Part shown: positions 49,255 to 63,709 of the stretch, in pieces | Position numbering within the stretch: the first letter of the stretch is position 1 | Layout: the number at the start of each line of letters is the position of its first letter | Source of the DNA: Octopus vulgaris | Taxonomy: Eukaryota | Direction of reading: 5' to 3' | Length of the DNA stretch: 64,000 nt | Assembly (NCBI GenBank): GCA_951406725.2 | Contig: OX597814.1 | Span: 868,001-932,000, forward strand | Position numbers and translations under genes: made by a program | The notes under the pieces: generated by a model | Seen by the model: only the letters and a program-made list of their open reading frames with translations | Database searches by the model: none | Told to the model about the DNA's origin: nothing

Positions 49255-51680
49255 TCATCATCATCATCATCATCGTTTAACGTCCGTTTTCCGCGCTAGC
49301 ACGGGTTGGACGGTTTCGACCGGGGTCTGGGGGAGCCAGGGGCTGCCCCAGGCTCCAGTCTGGTCTGGCAGTGTTTCTACAGCTGGATGCCCTTCCTAAC
49401 GCCAACCACTCCGCGAGTGTAGTGGGTGCTTTTTACGTGCCACCTGCACAGGTGCCAGAGGGGTCTGGCATCGGCCACGGTCGGTTGGTGCTTTTTATGT
49501 GCCACCTGCACAGAAGCCAGTCGGGGCAGTGCTGGCATCGGCCATGTTCGGATGGTGCTTTTTATGTGTGTGGGGGGGTGCAGAAATATAGGGGAGCACC
49601 AGTGGGGAGGGGTGTTCGGAGTGTTCATGTACTTGACTCAACAGGTCTCCTCAAGCACAGCGGGACGATCTGGGATCCGGGGTACTTTGAATGGGCAGGG
49701 GCTATGCGGAACTGATGCAGGAAGCAGCCCGGGTCTTTGCAGTCACAGCATATCTCCAGAGATCTCGGTCCTTCGCCATTGCCTCAGTGAGGCCCAACGC
49801 TCTGAGGTCATGCTTGACTGCCTCATCCCATGTCTTCCTGGGTCTACCTCTCCCCCTGATACCTTCAACTGTTTGGGAGTGGCACTTCTTCACACATCTC
49901 TCCTCATCCATCCGCAGCACATGACCATACCATCACAAGCGTCGCTCTTGCACACCACATCTGATGCTTCTTATATCCAGCATTTCTCTCAGGATGCTTA
50001 CACTCTGTCGTGCGTGCACACTGACATTACACATCCAGCGGATCATGCTAGCTTCATTTCTTTCAAGTCATTTCAGTCATAGCCCATGTTTCATTACCGT
50101 GAAGCATGGCAGTTCGCACACATGCATCATACAGTCTACCTTTCGCTCTGAGGGAGAGACCCTTTTTCGCCAGTAGGGGTAGGAGCTTTCTGAACTTTGC
50201 CCAGGCTATTCGTATTCTAGTGGTGATACTCTCTGTGCATCCACCTCCGCTACTAACTTGGTCACCCAGGTAGCGGAAACTATCAACTACTTCTAGTTTC
50301 TCTCCCTGGAGTGTGATGGAATCTGTTTTCTGAGTGTCTGTGGTGTCTATTGTCCCTGTGCATCTGCCGCACATGAAAGCTATCTTATCTGTTAATTTCC
50401 CTTTAATGTTGCTGCACCTCTTGTGCGTCCATAGCTTACATTGGGTGCATCTTATGGAGTTTCTACCTGCACCTTTCCTACAGATTGAGCAGGGCCACCT
50501 ACCCGAGGGGTGTGTGCTGAGTACGCCTTGCTGCTTACTATTACTTTGGTCTTTGCTACATTTACTCTAAGGCCCTTTGATTCTAACCCTTGCTTCCACA
50601 CCCGAAATTTCTTTTCTAGTTCCGGTAGTGATTCTGCTATGAGAGCCAGGTCATCAGCATAGAGGAGCTCCCAGGGGCATCCTGTTTTGAATTCCTCTGT
50701 TATTGCCTGGAGGACTATGATGAATAGAAGGGGACTGAGGGCTGAGCCCTGGTGCACACCTACTTCTACCCGGAATTCTTCACTATATTCGTTGCCAATC
50801 CTAACCTTGCTGGCAGCCTCTCTGTATAGAGCCTGTACAGCCCTTATTAGCCATTCGTCAATCTCCAGTTTCCGCATCGACCACCAGATAAGGGAACGGG
50901 GAACCCTGTCAAAGGCTTTCTCCAAGTTCACAAATGCTATGTAGAGGGGTTTATCTTTAGCTAGGTACTTCTCCTGCAGTTGTCGGACCAGGAATATAGC
51001 ATCAGTGGTGCTTCTACCTGGCACAAAACCGAACTGCATTTCATCTAAGCAAATTCTCTCCCTAATGAGATGAGTTATGACCCTCTCTGTGACCTTCATC
51101 ACCTGGTCCAACAGTTTGATACCCCTGTAATTATTTCTATCTAGAGCATCACCCTTACCCTTGTAGTAGTTGACTATGGTGCTGCTATGCCAGTCATTGA
51201 GTATGACTCCATTATGAACTACCTGGTTTACAATACGGGTGACTAGGTCATAGCCCACATAGCCAGCTGTTTTAAGCATCTCAGCAGTGATTCCTGATGG
51301 GCCGGGGGCTTTGCCTGGTTTCATATCCTTAATTGCCTTATCTACAAGGGAGCTGTCTATTCGGGTAGCTGGTCCCTCTACTGGGTCAACATTTGGCAGG
51401 CTCTCCTCCTCCCATTCATTCTCCACATTCAGCAGTCTTTCGTAATGGCTTCTCCAAGCCTCTTTCTTTTCACCAACAATAAAAGCAAGTGCCCCATCAT
51501 CCATGCGGACACATTTCTCCCCTGTAACATCACTAGTTTCTCTGACACACTGTCTGGCAATCCGAAATACCTCAGCTCTTTGGTCCTCACGTCGCTGGAC
51601 ATTGGCAAACTTCTTCTTTTCTGCTACATCTTTGGCTATGTATACCTGCCGCCCAGCCTCCCTTTTGGCTGCCTGGATAA
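49255..51680 (-). mobile_element. 5'-truncated RTE-clade LINE (reverse transcriptase, frameshifted) with 3' UTR and (GAT)n tail
   Basis: ORFs 50452-51504 (KAPGPSG, NYRGIKLL, QFGFVPGRST, LEKAFDRV, GVHQGSALSPLLF, LYADD), 50063-50374 and 49702-49920 (RGRGRPRKTW). Confidence 0.92.
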
Positions 51681-51938
51681 ACCATTATTATTAATAGTAT
51701 TTATTTCCAAGTGTCAATTCTTTTACTCTTTTACTTGTTTCAGTCATTTGATTGCGGCCATGCTGGAGCACTGCCTTTAATTGAGCAAATTGACACCAGG
51801 ATTTATTCTTTGTACACCTAGTACTTATTCTATTGGTCTCTTTAGCCAAAATGCTAAGCTACAGGGACATAAACACACCAACATTGGTTGTCAGGTGATG
51901 GTGAGAGGACAAACACAGACACACACACAAACATATAC

Positions 51939-51999
<61 letters not shown>

Positions 52000-52629
52000 T
52001 ATATATATGGTGGGCTTCTTTCAGTTTCCATCTACCGAATCTACTCACGAGGCTTTGGTCGGCCCAAGGCTTTAGTAGAAGACACTTGCCCAAGGTGCCA
52101 TGCAGTGGGAAACAAGCTTCTTACCACACAGCCACGCCTGCACCTAATTTTGTTATTAAAATTTCACCAGTGTGCACCTGGCCCCTCATTCTTCTGGAAC
52201 TGATCAAGTACCAGTCATATACCAAGGACAACAATATACACAATGTCCCCCCCTCACATTACATTGTATGCAAGACTTACCATCTTGGAAATGGTGAGGT
52301 GATGTTGCTGACCAAGAGGGACATTCCAGCCATGACCACCACAACCTTTTTCAGAGATAAATCTAGGACTACATTATTGAGTGTGCCCTTTTGTTTTCTA
52401 AAGCAGTAGGGGTGCAATCTGAGAGAAGATTTGAGTGTGATTTCAAATGGGTCCAAATGACCTTGTAGATGCTTGCTCCTTTGTTTGATGAGCTGTACTT
52501 ATATATGGTACTTATTAGCAGCTAGATAGACTGAGCCAGCAAGAAACAGATTTCTTAGTCATGGCTATAGTAGAGTAAGAATGTTAAATTAGAACTGTGC
52601 CGCTGACACACCCAAGCCAGTAGAATGTA

Positions 52630-52885
52630 AAAATCACCATTCGAGAGTAGTCATTGCCAGTGCCACCTGATTGGCTCCTGTGCCAGCAACACATAAAAAG
52701 CACCATTCAAGCATAGCTGATGCCAGTGCCGCATGACTGGCTCCTGTGCCAGTGACATGTAAAAAGCACCATTCAAGCATGGCTGATGCCAGTGCCACCT
52801 GACTGGCTCCTGTGCCAGCGACACATAAAAAGCACCATTCAAGCATGGCTGATGCCAGTGCCACCTGACTGGCTCCTGTGCCGGT
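52630..52885 (+). repeat. ~57-bp tandem repeat (about 4.5 copies) inside a family-C element
   Basis: Unit AAAAGCACCATTCAAGCATGGCTGATGCCAGTGCCACCTGACTGGCTCCTGTGCCAG. Confidence 0.85.
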
Positions 52886-53354
52886 GGGACATATAAAGCA
52901 CCCACTACACTCTCAGAGTGGTTGGCATTAGGAAGGGCATCCAGCCGTAGAAATATTATCAGATTGGATTGGAGCCTGGTGTGGCCTTCTGGCTCTCCAG
53001 CCCTCAGTCACTGTCCAACCCATGCCAGCATGGAAAGCAGATGGTAAATGACGATGATAATGATGATGATGACCTTTCAGTCAATAGATGGATCAAATGT
53101 CTCTAAGTGTTTTGTGACATTGGGTCAATGGGCAACTGTGACAACTACAACAACAATTATAGTTTTCACACAAACTGACTCTGATAGACATGCTGACATT
53201 TCAGAATCAGATACATACACACACACATTAATGATAGCATATGCACACACACACACACACAAATGCACACATATCCCACAACACACACACATTTGAAAGT
53301 GAACATGTGTTTATGTGTGTTTTATGAAATAGCTGCATAACAAGGTAGTTAAAA

Positions 53355-53580
53355 GGAGAGAGAGAGAGGAGAAAGTAAGAGACAGTGAGAGAGGGGAGAG
53401 GGGGAGATGAGAGAGGGAGAGATATGGGGATAGAGTAGGGGAGAGGGGGAGGAGAGAAAGGGAAGAGAGAGGAGTGAGAGAAAGAAAAAGGGAGAGAGAA
53501 AGAGAGGGAAGAGAGAAAGAAAAAGGGAGAGAGAAAGAGAGGGAAGTGAGAAAGAGAGAGAGGGGAGAGAGAGAAGGAGT
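53355..53580. repeat. GA-rich polypurine tract
   Basis: Direct inspection. Confidence 0.85.
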
Positions 53581-54763
53581 ATTATTGAGCATTGTGGATC
53601 GACTTCAGTTGGTCAGTTGGATGTGACTGATGGTCAGTTTAGACCATCTGTAGGTCTGGGTCAGTGGACAAATATATCTGGATGGCAAAGGAATGAAATA
53701 GGGGTTTAGGAATGGGTTGTAGTTCTTGGACAGAAGGACTGGGAGGAAAACATGTTCTGGGGTGGAGGTTGTATGAGAAACAGTGAGGGTAAGAGGAGGA
53801 TGAGGGGAGGGTGTCAGATGGGCCTGGGTGGAGAGGGTAAGGAGTTAGCTTGTTCACAGGAGCAGTGGCTGTTGTAGTAGAGGTGCAGGAGACAAAGAGA
53901 GGAGACACAGGGCATGGTCGTTAGTAAATGAATCTTTATAATCAGTCAAATGAATTTTTTAGGTTTGGTTTAGATTTGGTCTGTGTGAGTAATAACAGGA
54001 ACCCAGGAAATGCATAGGAAATGGCAGCCCTTAAGTGAGTCCCGGATGTCGGTTTGGTGAGCAAGAGAAAGAATATCCCATAGTAAAAAAATAAAAGGAT
54101 CAGTATGTCAATAGGGGTTTTTGTAGGTGTTGGAGGTCACAGCACTTTTCCATAGATATAGGAGCAGTATTAGATGTTGGACCTGGGCATTGCTCGTGTT
54201 TTCTGTGTTGAAGTTAGACCTTGTATTGAATAAGCTTTTCCTTAGAGACTATTCTATCGATTTTGTTGAAATTTTACACTTTCAAAAATGCAAAAGCTAC
54301 AGGAAAAATAACATTGTTATGGGAATTTCCATTCAAACACCTGACTGAGCTCACAAAAATTGATGCCAACTGAGCATTATTGAGTTTTCGAAAACTTCTG
54401 GCCTTATTTGAACTTCAGGGCATGTGATCTACCTATGTGCCAAAAGTCATTAAAATCGGTTGGATGGTGTGGGAGGAGTTAGAGTAACCCCAAACACACG
54501 CAGACAGACAGATACCATTACACATTTATGCATATAGATTCCGTTGTGGAATAAGGGTCTCTGTGTGGGTAACAGAAGCAATTGTGCTCCACAGAGACAG
54601 GAACAATATTTGACTGTGGGTTATAATGGGGCCTTTATGGAAGATCAGCAACTGATCAAATCTGAAGAGAAAGACTTTGGATGTGGGTTAAGGACGTATA
54701 TGTGGAAGCAGTAACAACAGCACAGCGACAGTTATGTAAGACCCAAAAGTGGGTCTAGCATGG

Positions 54764-54816
<53 letters not shown>

Positions 54817-55251
54817 TGTGTATCAGTCTAGGTATGTGAACCATACAAAAAATTTGGGTCAAGGACATCTGTGTGTCTGTGTATAACAGTTGCAGTGGTA
54901 CATTCACAGAGACTGTAATGTCTAGGGTGTGTGAATACCGGAACAGCCTAGTCATGGAAGAGTCAACAGTTTTCCAGTGAATGTCATTCTTTCAAATTTT
55001 AACATCTTCTCTTCTCCATTTTTAACAAAATTGTTGAGTTCTATGCGATTCCTTTCCATAAATTCTCATAACACACCATACACAACATATACAAGTATTA
55101 TTTTCATATTCGCAAACTTACGCCACAAAACTACCAGCAAAATATAAATAATCTTTATTAGAAATCGTTTTGGAATCCTCCAAATTAAAGGATGAAAAAT
55201 AATTCAAAACCTTTTCACACACACACATAAATAAGTATATATTTATTATGT

Positions 55252-55556
55252 GTGGAGGCGCAATGGCCCAGTAGTTAGGGCAGCGGACTCGTGGTTGTAG
55301 GATCGCGGTTTCGATTCCCAGACCGGGCGTTGTGAATGTTTATTGAGCAAAAACACCTAAAAGCTCCACGAGGCTCTGGCAGGGGATGGTGGTGATCCCT
55401 GCTGTACTCCTTCACCACTCTTTCTCTCACTCTTCTGTTGGCCTGCTCGCTTAGCCAGTGGGGTGGCGTCATTCGAAGGCTAAAACGATGCGAACGCATT
55501 GTGACCAGCGATGTGTAACTACATCTGATGGACTGGTCGGTCACATGATCACGTGA
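55252..55556 (+). mobile_element. tRNA(Arg)-like-headed SINE family D (others at ~28395-28667 and ~32733-33040, minus strand)
   Basis: TGGCCCAGTAGTTAGGGCAGCGGACTCG..GTTTCGATTCC head; TSD ATATTTATTATGT. Confidence 0.8.
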
Positions 55557-55567
55557 TATTTATTATG

Positions 55568-55599
<32 letters not shown>

Positions 55600-55693
55600 A
55601 TGATATCAGGGTAATAAAGATTATAGAAATTTTTACTACCAGTGGCCTAGCGTATAAAAAATTTAGTCAATAGACTATATATTATTCATATAA

Positions 55694-55920
55694 GGTGGTG
55701 AGCTGGCAGAAACATTACCACACTGGGCGAAACACTTAGCGGTATTTCATCTGACGTTACATTCCGAGTTCAAATTCTGCCAAGGTCGACTTTGCCTTTC
55801 ATCCTTTCGGGGTCGATAAATTAAGTACCAATTATGCACTGGGGTCGATATAATCGACTTAATCCATTTGTCTGTCTTTGTTTGTCCTCTCTGTGTTTAG
55901 TCCCTTGTGGGTAGTAAAGA
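55694..55920 (+). mobile_element. SINE family B (representative; others at ~2065-2275, 8005-8224, 35210-35439, 40206-40432, 57385-57602, 62612-62842)
   Basis: GAGCTGGCAGAAAC..GAGTTCAAATTC..GCCTTTCATCCTTTCGGGGTCGATAAA..AGTACCA; this copy has a 25-bp TSD AATAGACTATATATTATTCATATAA. Confidence 0.85.
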
Positions 55921-56488
55921 AATAGACTATATATTATTCATATAAAATAGAGTGTACATTTAAACACATAAGAGGTGTCCATCATAGAGAGTCCTATGTG
56001 GACAGCTCTTATGTGTTTAAATGTACACTGTATTTTATATATATATATATATTTTTTATTTTTTTGCCACTATAACATGGCTGCTCTATAAAGAAGTATG
56101 TAAGAAGTATGTTACTTTCCATTTTAACCCCAGGAAAATGTAGTAACAGAGTTCTTTATTGAACAGCCACGTTTTAGTGGCAAAAAAAATGTTGCCGTTT
56201 CGTATGGTTACTACTTGTATCTTGTTTAGAGATTTTAGAAAGAGCTGTTTTGTTTGTATATATTCTTTTATTCTTTTACTTGTTTCGGTCATTTGACTGT
56301 GGCCATGCTGGAGCATTGCCTTTAGTCGAGCAAATTGACCCCAGGACTTATTCTTTGTAAGCCTAGTACTTATTCTATCGGTTTCTTTTTGCAAAACCGA
56401 TAAGTTACGGGGGACGTAAACACACCAGCATCGGTTATCAAGCGATGGTGGGGGGACAAACACACACACACACACACACATGTATATA

Positions 56489-56533
<45 letters not shown>

Positions 56534-56876
56534 TCATTGTTTAACGTCTGTTTTCCATGCTAGCATGGGTTGGACAATTTTGACAGGGGTCTGGGAAGCC
56601 AGAGGCTGCACCAGGCTCCAGTCTGATCTGGCACTGTTTCTACAGTTGGATGCCCTTCCTAACGCAAACCACTCTGTGAGTGCTTTTACAAAGGGCTTCT
56701 TTCAGTTTCCGTCTACCAAATCCACTCACAAGGCTTTGGTCACCCCGAGGCTATAGTAGAAGACACTTGCTCAAGGTGCCACGCAATGGGACTGAACCCA
56801 GAACCATGTGGTTGGTAAGCAAGCTACTTACCTACCATACACCCACACCTGCACCTATATATATATATATATATAT

Positions 56877-56904
<28 letters not shown>

Positions 56905-56912
<8 letters not shown>

Positions 56913-57624
56913 CGGCCCAAAAGTAGGTTTACAGTTAACAAGTAAGCACTTTAAATTTCTTTTAAAACATTTTATTACATTTAAATTTCTATCTTAAATC
57001 ATCATCATCATCATCATTATCATATTCATCACCATCGTTTAACATCTGTTTTCCATGCTGGCATGGGTTGGACGGTTTGACTGGAGACTGGTAAGCCAGG
57101 AGGCCACACCAGGCTCCAATTTGATCTGGTAATGTTTCTACAGCTGGATGCCTTTCCTAATGCCAACCACTCCGAGAGTGTAGTGGATGCTTTATATGTG
57201 CCACTGGTACAGGAGCCAGTCAGGTGGGCCTGGCATCGGCCACGTTCGGATGGTGCTTTTTACATGCCACTGGCAAATTAGAATAGAATGGTTTCATATT
57301 TGTTTATAATTAAGATTTAAACTGTTAATTTATGAATGCGAAAGAGATTGTTGAATAACTGTTAACCTACTTTTAATTTTTTTTTATTGCCCACAGAGGG
57401 CTAAACATAGAGGGGACAAACAATGACAGACAAAGGTATTAAGCCAGTTACATCAACCCCAGTGCATAACTGGTACTTATTTAATCAACCCCGAAAGGAT
57501 GAAAGGCAAAGTCGACCTCGATGGGATTTGAACTCAGAACGTAGCGGCAGATGAAATACCGCTAAGCATTTCGCCCGGTGTGCTAACGTTTCTGCCAGCT
57601 CACCTACTTTTGGGCCCACCCTGT
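56905..57624. mobile_element. Tc1/mariner-type MITE with two nested SINEs
   Basis: GGCCCAAAAGTAGGTTTACAGTT versus AACTGTTAACCTACTTTT..GGGCCCACCCTGTA; a nested SINE duplicated ACCTACTTTT. Confidence 0.55.
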
Positions 57625-58352
57625 ATATACATATATACATACACACACACACACTAATACACATGCATAAATGTAAGCATGATTATGAAAATATATCCTC
57701 ACACAATCTCACGCCCATAATTGTATGTACACACATTATGTACGGACACATATTTATACACACATACATTTATATGTGTCCACTTATTTACATATACATA
57801 TTTAAACAGGCATATACACAAAAACATACAAACAGTTGCATATTTCTACACTCGTTATAAAACTTAATTACTCCTTAAATTATTAACGTTGTTATATTCT
57901 ACTCAAGAAATTATACAAATAAGCAAGGTTAGAGGTGAAGCGAAACTATTCAAATATCCTGTTTATGTAATCATAGCTCGTTATAAAATGATCATCAAAT
58001 CAGTGGCAGACAAGTGGACACCTGAAGATAAAGTAACCCTCACCACACACCTGTACCATTTAAAAATGGAGGAGGTAACGAGGAGGAGGAGAGGTAGTTG
58101 AACATAAGAGTACAAGAGAGAGATTTATGATAAGGTAAAAAAAAGCAGTAAGTGGCAGTATGGAGGAGGAGGAGGGGAGAGGAGACGGGATGGGGGGGGC
58201 GTTGTATGGTGAAGGTCAGGTGACATCTGGTTGGCTTCTCCAGATTTCACAAGTCTGGTGTAGGACATCACTAGCTTAACATAATATTATGAGAGAGTTG
58301 GGGTGGGGGTGAGAGATGAAGCAGGGGTGGGGGATGGGGTGGAAAGAGAAAG

Positions 58353-58392
<40 letters not shown>

Positions 58393-59045
58393 GGAGAGAG
58401 TCATTGATATTGAATCAGAAGACTTAAGTGTTTAATTAACAATAAAAATCTTGACCTTCACACACCCCAATTAAAAGGAGAAAAATAAAAAACTGGTGCT
58501 CTGTTGGTTATGACCACGAGTGTCCCATTTGATCCGATCAACGGAACAGCCTACATAAGAAATCAAGGTGCAAGTGGCTGAGTACTCCTCAGACACGCGT
58601 ATCCTTAACGTAGTTCTTGGGGAGATTCATCGCAAAACAGAGTTTAACAAGGTTGACACTTTGAAATACAAGTACGACTCATTTTTGCCAGCTGAGTGGA
58701 GTGGAGCAAACGTGAAATGCACTGCTGGGAATCGAACTCACAACCTTATGATTATCAGCTGGATACCCTAACCACTAAGCTACAAGCCTCCACCATCCCA
58801 TATTAATGTTGTTGATGCAGATGAGGAATATTTTTCAGCTGGAGACGATGTTTCCTGGGGCTAAATAGCAGTAACAATTGTCCTAACCAGGACTGCCACA
58901 TTATGTTGACAAATAATCTTTACTGTGACACAGTATTTTCTAGAAATACACCACAACCCGACATCAGTAAGAAGGAATGAATTATTTGTTAATATTCCAA
59001 CAATTGAAGACATTAATCCTTTTGTAGAAAAACACTGCCTCTGTT

Positions 59046-59268
59046 TCAAATGCCAGCCTCCCCTGGCCCCTGTGCCGGTGGCACGTAAAAAGCACCCACT
59101 ACACTCTCGGAGTGGTTGGCATTAGGAAGGGCATCCAGCCGTAGAAACACTGCCAGATCAAGATTGGAGCCTGGTGCAGCCTCCTGGCTTCCCAGACCCC
59201 AGTTGAACCGTCCAACCCATGCCAGCATGGAAAAAAACGGACGTTAAACAATGTTGATGATGATGATG
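59046..59268 (+). mobile_element. RTE-tail repeat family C (representative; numerous copies)
   Basis: AAAAGCACCCACTACACTC..TTAGGAAGGGCATCCAG..CCAACCCATGCCAGCATGG..GTTAAAC(GAT)n, shared with the 3' end of the RTE LINE at 49255-49450. Confidence 0.85.
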
Positions 59269-61411
59269 AATTATTAAAATAACTTTTGCTATTATTAAAC
59301 TGGTGGTTGGAATATGAATTAAGTTGAAATTTTGATGGAAGGTTCAAATTCAGGTCGTTTTAAAACAGGACATGTGTAGCATAGATCATAGAACCAAGGG
59401 TGGGTCTCTGGGGAGATTGATATTGAAAGAGTTAGTCATTTTAACACATAAACTCATTATGTTTGCTTGACTGATGTAGATTAGAAATTTGTAAAGGGGT
59501 CAATATTGACCTCTAAGGGTCAATGTGGCTTTACAAGGTGTTATAAACGAACACCTGAAGTGATCATAGGTATTAAAAGTGCTGAGTTGTCAGTGAAATG
59601 AGTTTGAAAGAGTATGGATTATTTAACCCCTTAGCATTATAAACTGGCCACACCCGGCTGAAATGTTCTGCCTCTTTTATGTTCAAACTGGCCAGATCTG
59701 GCTAATCACACCTATCATACAATATCATTCCAAAAAATTAATAGTCACCTCATCAAAATCTCTAAGTTATGATATAATGCATGGTTAATTCAAAGGTGAA
59801 AAGCAACATTCGAGTGAGGGCGTTGCCAGTGCTGTTGGACTGGCTCCTGTACAGGTGACATGTAAAAACACCATTTGAGCATGACCGTTGCCAGTACCGC
59901 CTGACTGGCCCTTGTGCTGGTGGCACATAAAAGCACCCACTACACTCTCAGACTGGTTGGCATTAGTAAGAGCATCAAGCTGTAGAAACTCTGCCAGATC
60001 AGACTGGAGCCTGGTGCAGCCATCTGACTCACCAGTCCTCAGTCAAACAGTCCAACCCATGCCAGCATGGAAAGCGGATGTTAAACGATGATGATGATGA
60101 TGATGAAATAAGCATTTCAATTAACAGAATAATGTAAATGCAGAAGGCACAATCTCAATAATTTTCAGCCGAATATTCTTTTCTACTCAAGGCACAAGGC
60201 CTGATTATATCGACCCCAGTACACAACTGGTACTGAATTTATCAACCCTGAAAGGACGAAAAGCAAAGTCGACCTTGGTGGAAGTTGAACTCAGAACATA
60301 AAGACAGATGAAATACCGCTAAGCATTTTGCCCAGCGTGTTAATGGTTCAGCCAGCTTGCCGCCTTGATTTCCAACCAAATATTGATGCCAAATCTAATA
60401 TTCACCAAACAATATTTCACATTAAGCTTTCCAAATATATCAATATAACAGGACAGAATTTCAATTGTTCTTCATTGATTTCGTTAAGCATTTTCATTAA
60501 ATTTCTTGAAATATTTCTTTTAAAAAATGGTAAAAGCACAAAAGAATAAAAGGAATTATTGTATATCAAGAATTTTTTTTTCTATTAATCACACTTTTTA
60601 AATTTTATTTAATCCATTAACAGCCAAATTTTTTAATTCATATTTTTTGGCTTTGCCAGGTGTCTTAGGAGTTTAATGTACAGTATTTAAATTTTCTTCA
60701 TATGTGAATTATTTTGGAAATTATGATAAATTTTTCGAAAAGTCCCAAATGGGGATTACTGGAAAAAAAAAGCATATTCATCCTTTTCTATTCAATTTCA
60801 ATAATAAACATTTTAGGGTTTTTTTAAAACTATAATATCAAATGTGAATGTGTATGAAATATTAATGAATGATATAAATGGGAAATGCAAAAACAAAAAA
60901 ACAGTTTTCAAAACTGTCAATATTTTTGTAGTTCAAAAATTGCGATTTATGACATAAAATGTCTTCTAAGATTAGCCAGAGCTAATCCTTTCTACTACTA
61001 CAGGCACAAGGCCTGAAATCTGGAGGAGGGGACTAGACAATTACATCAACCCCAGTGTTTCCCTGGTACTTAATTTATTGACCCCCCAAAAGGGATGAAA
61101 GGTAAAGTCAACCTTGCCGGAATTTGAACTCAGAATATAGTGACAGACAAAATACCGCAAGCATTTTGTCCAGTGTGTTAAACGATTCTGCCAGCTCCCC
61201 ACCTGAACCAGAGCTGATAACGGCAAACTTTAATTACTAAATATTGTTAAACACAGGAGTGGCTGTGTGGTAAGTAGCTTGCTTACCAACCACATGATTC
61301 CGGGTTCAGTCCAACTGCGTGGCACCTTGGGCAAGTGTCTGCTACTATAGCCTCAGGCCGACCAAAGCCTTGTGAGTGGATTTGGTAGACGGAAACTGAA
61401 AGAAGCCTGTC

Positions 61412-61459
<48 letters not shown>

Positions 61460-63318
61460 GTGTGTATATGTTTGTGTGTCTGTGCTTGTTCCCCCAACAT
61501 CACTTGACAACCGATGGTGGTTTATTTACGTCCCCGTAACTTAGCTTTCGGCATAAGTGACCGATAGAATAAGTACTAGGCTTCCAAAGAATAAGTCCTG
61601 GGTTGATTTACTCGACTAAAGGTGGTGCTCCAGCATGGCCACAGTCAAATAACTGAAACAAGTAATAGAGTAAAAGAGAGTACACCTCTGCAAGTGCAAT
61701 GTACATAAGCAATTCACTTTAAATACAACGAACAAACAGCAGTGAGACATTTTAGCAGATCCCCAGATGGGGCCCATGGCAGGCAATGGGTTAATAAATC
61801 TACACGATGCAGGTCAATGAAATATCAAAGATTCCTTGAAGGGGTCAATGACATAAGGAGTTCGATGATCCCTGGTCGAGACGAACTTTCTTCGTAAAAC
61901 AACAATTTGCCAGACATTAATCAACAATCTTATCTTTAATGAAAACAAAGTTCAAAAGTTCTTTCTACAAAGTTGCAGGCTTGGCTGATTGGTAACAAAT
62001 GTGTTTCCCAGCCATATGGTTCTGGGTTCAGTCCCAATGGACAGCACTTGGGGCAACCAAAGCCTTGGGACTAGATTTGCTAGACAGAAATTGAAAAAAG
62101 TCTGTTGCATGTGTGTGTGTGTGTATGTGTCTTTGTGTCTGTGTTTGTTCCCCCACCACCATTTAATAACTGGTGTCAGTATATCTATGTTCCCATAGCT
62201 TAGCAGTTCAGCAAAAAGAGACTGATAGAATAAGAATCAAGCTTTAAAAAATTAGAAGAACCTGGGTTAACTCATTCAGTTAGAATTCTTCAAAGCAGTG
62301 CCCCAGCATGGCCGCAGTCTAATGGCTGAAACAAATAAATCGCAGTTGTGGCAGATACCGGCGTCACACAATTGGCACCTGTGCTGGTGGCACATAAAAG
62401 TACCCCGATGTCATGCAAATGGTACCCGTGCTGGTGGCATGTAAAAGCACCCCGATGACATGCAAATGGTACCCGTGCTGGTGGCACGTGAAAAGCACCC
62501 ATTACACTCTTGGAGTGATTTGATGTTAGGAAGGGCATCCAGCCATAGAAACCATGCCATATCAGATTGGAGTCTGGTGCAACCTTCCAGCTTGCCAGTC
62601 TGGTCAAACCTATTTCTTTATTGCCCACAAGGGGCTAAACATAGAGGGGATAAACAAGGACAGACAAAGGGATTAAATCGGTTACATCAACCCCAGTGCA
62701 TAACTGGTACTTTATTTACTGACCCCGAAAGGATAAAAGGCAAAGTCGACCTCAGCGGAATTTGAACTCAGAACGTAACGACAGACGAAATACTACTAGG
62801 CATTTCGCCCGGCATGCTAACAGTTCTGCCAGCTCACCGCCTTCCAGCCTGGTCAAACGTCCAACCCATGCCAGCATGGACAATGGACGTTAAATGATAA
62901 TGATGATGAATTCACACCCACTCTCTCTCTCTCTCACACCCTTCCCCCTACACAAAGGTGTACAACAAACAGTGAAGAACACCAGGTTTGATGGCCTAAT
63001 CTTGGTGAAGATACAAAAAAAATTTGCCAGGTCTTGTGACTTGTATGTTAAGATCATATTTAAAAACAACCACTGCAATGATAAGCAGCCTGAACCCTGA
63101 CCCCTATTAAAGATTACATATGGCCTGGGGATACAGATGAGATGCTGTAAATGTGTTGAGTGTAGTTGACTTGGTCAACCCTTTAACAGAAGCCAAAAGC
63201 TTTTTGAAACTTTGGTGTTCCAAAGACAGTCAGACTCAAATTTAACCCTTTACCATTCAGATTATTCTATCAAAACGTAATCCTTTTTTTATTCACATTG
63301 TTTTGAGTTTATCATGTA

Positions 63319-63709
63319 CTAGCAGTATCGCCTGGCGTTGCTCGGGTTTGTTTTGACCCTTTAGAATTGGAATTTTTGAAAAGTAAAAATTTCACATTAT
63401 GTAGCTTGTTATTCTCTTTAAGTGAACATTTTCCTGGTTGAAATACATCGAAAAATGGCGACACAGCAGTCAAAAAATCATAAAAAATAGGGATTTTCAT
63501 ACAAAAAAAGCACTTTTTGATGTAAATAATTTTTGATGTTAACATGGTCCAATTTGAATTTTTTCTTCTACGGAAGGAAGAGCAAGTCTTCTTCTATCAT
63601 ACTCTCAATTTTGGTCAACTTGCACCGCAGGGTCTCGGAGGAGATAGCGTTAGTTGAAGGCTACCAAACCTGCCATACACAGACAACTTCAGCTTTATAT
63701 ATAGAGAGA
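63319..63709 (-). mobile_element. Non-autonomous Helitron
   Basis: 5' TC(TC)TATATATAAAGCTG, 3' CCCGAGCAACGCCAGG hairpin then CTAG; inserted between A and T with no TSD. Confidence 0.8.

Noticed and set aside
53600-54750. Possibly coding or retroelement-derived stretch
   Set aside because: No recognisable motif in the frames I read and frequent stops; it cannot be classified without a database search.
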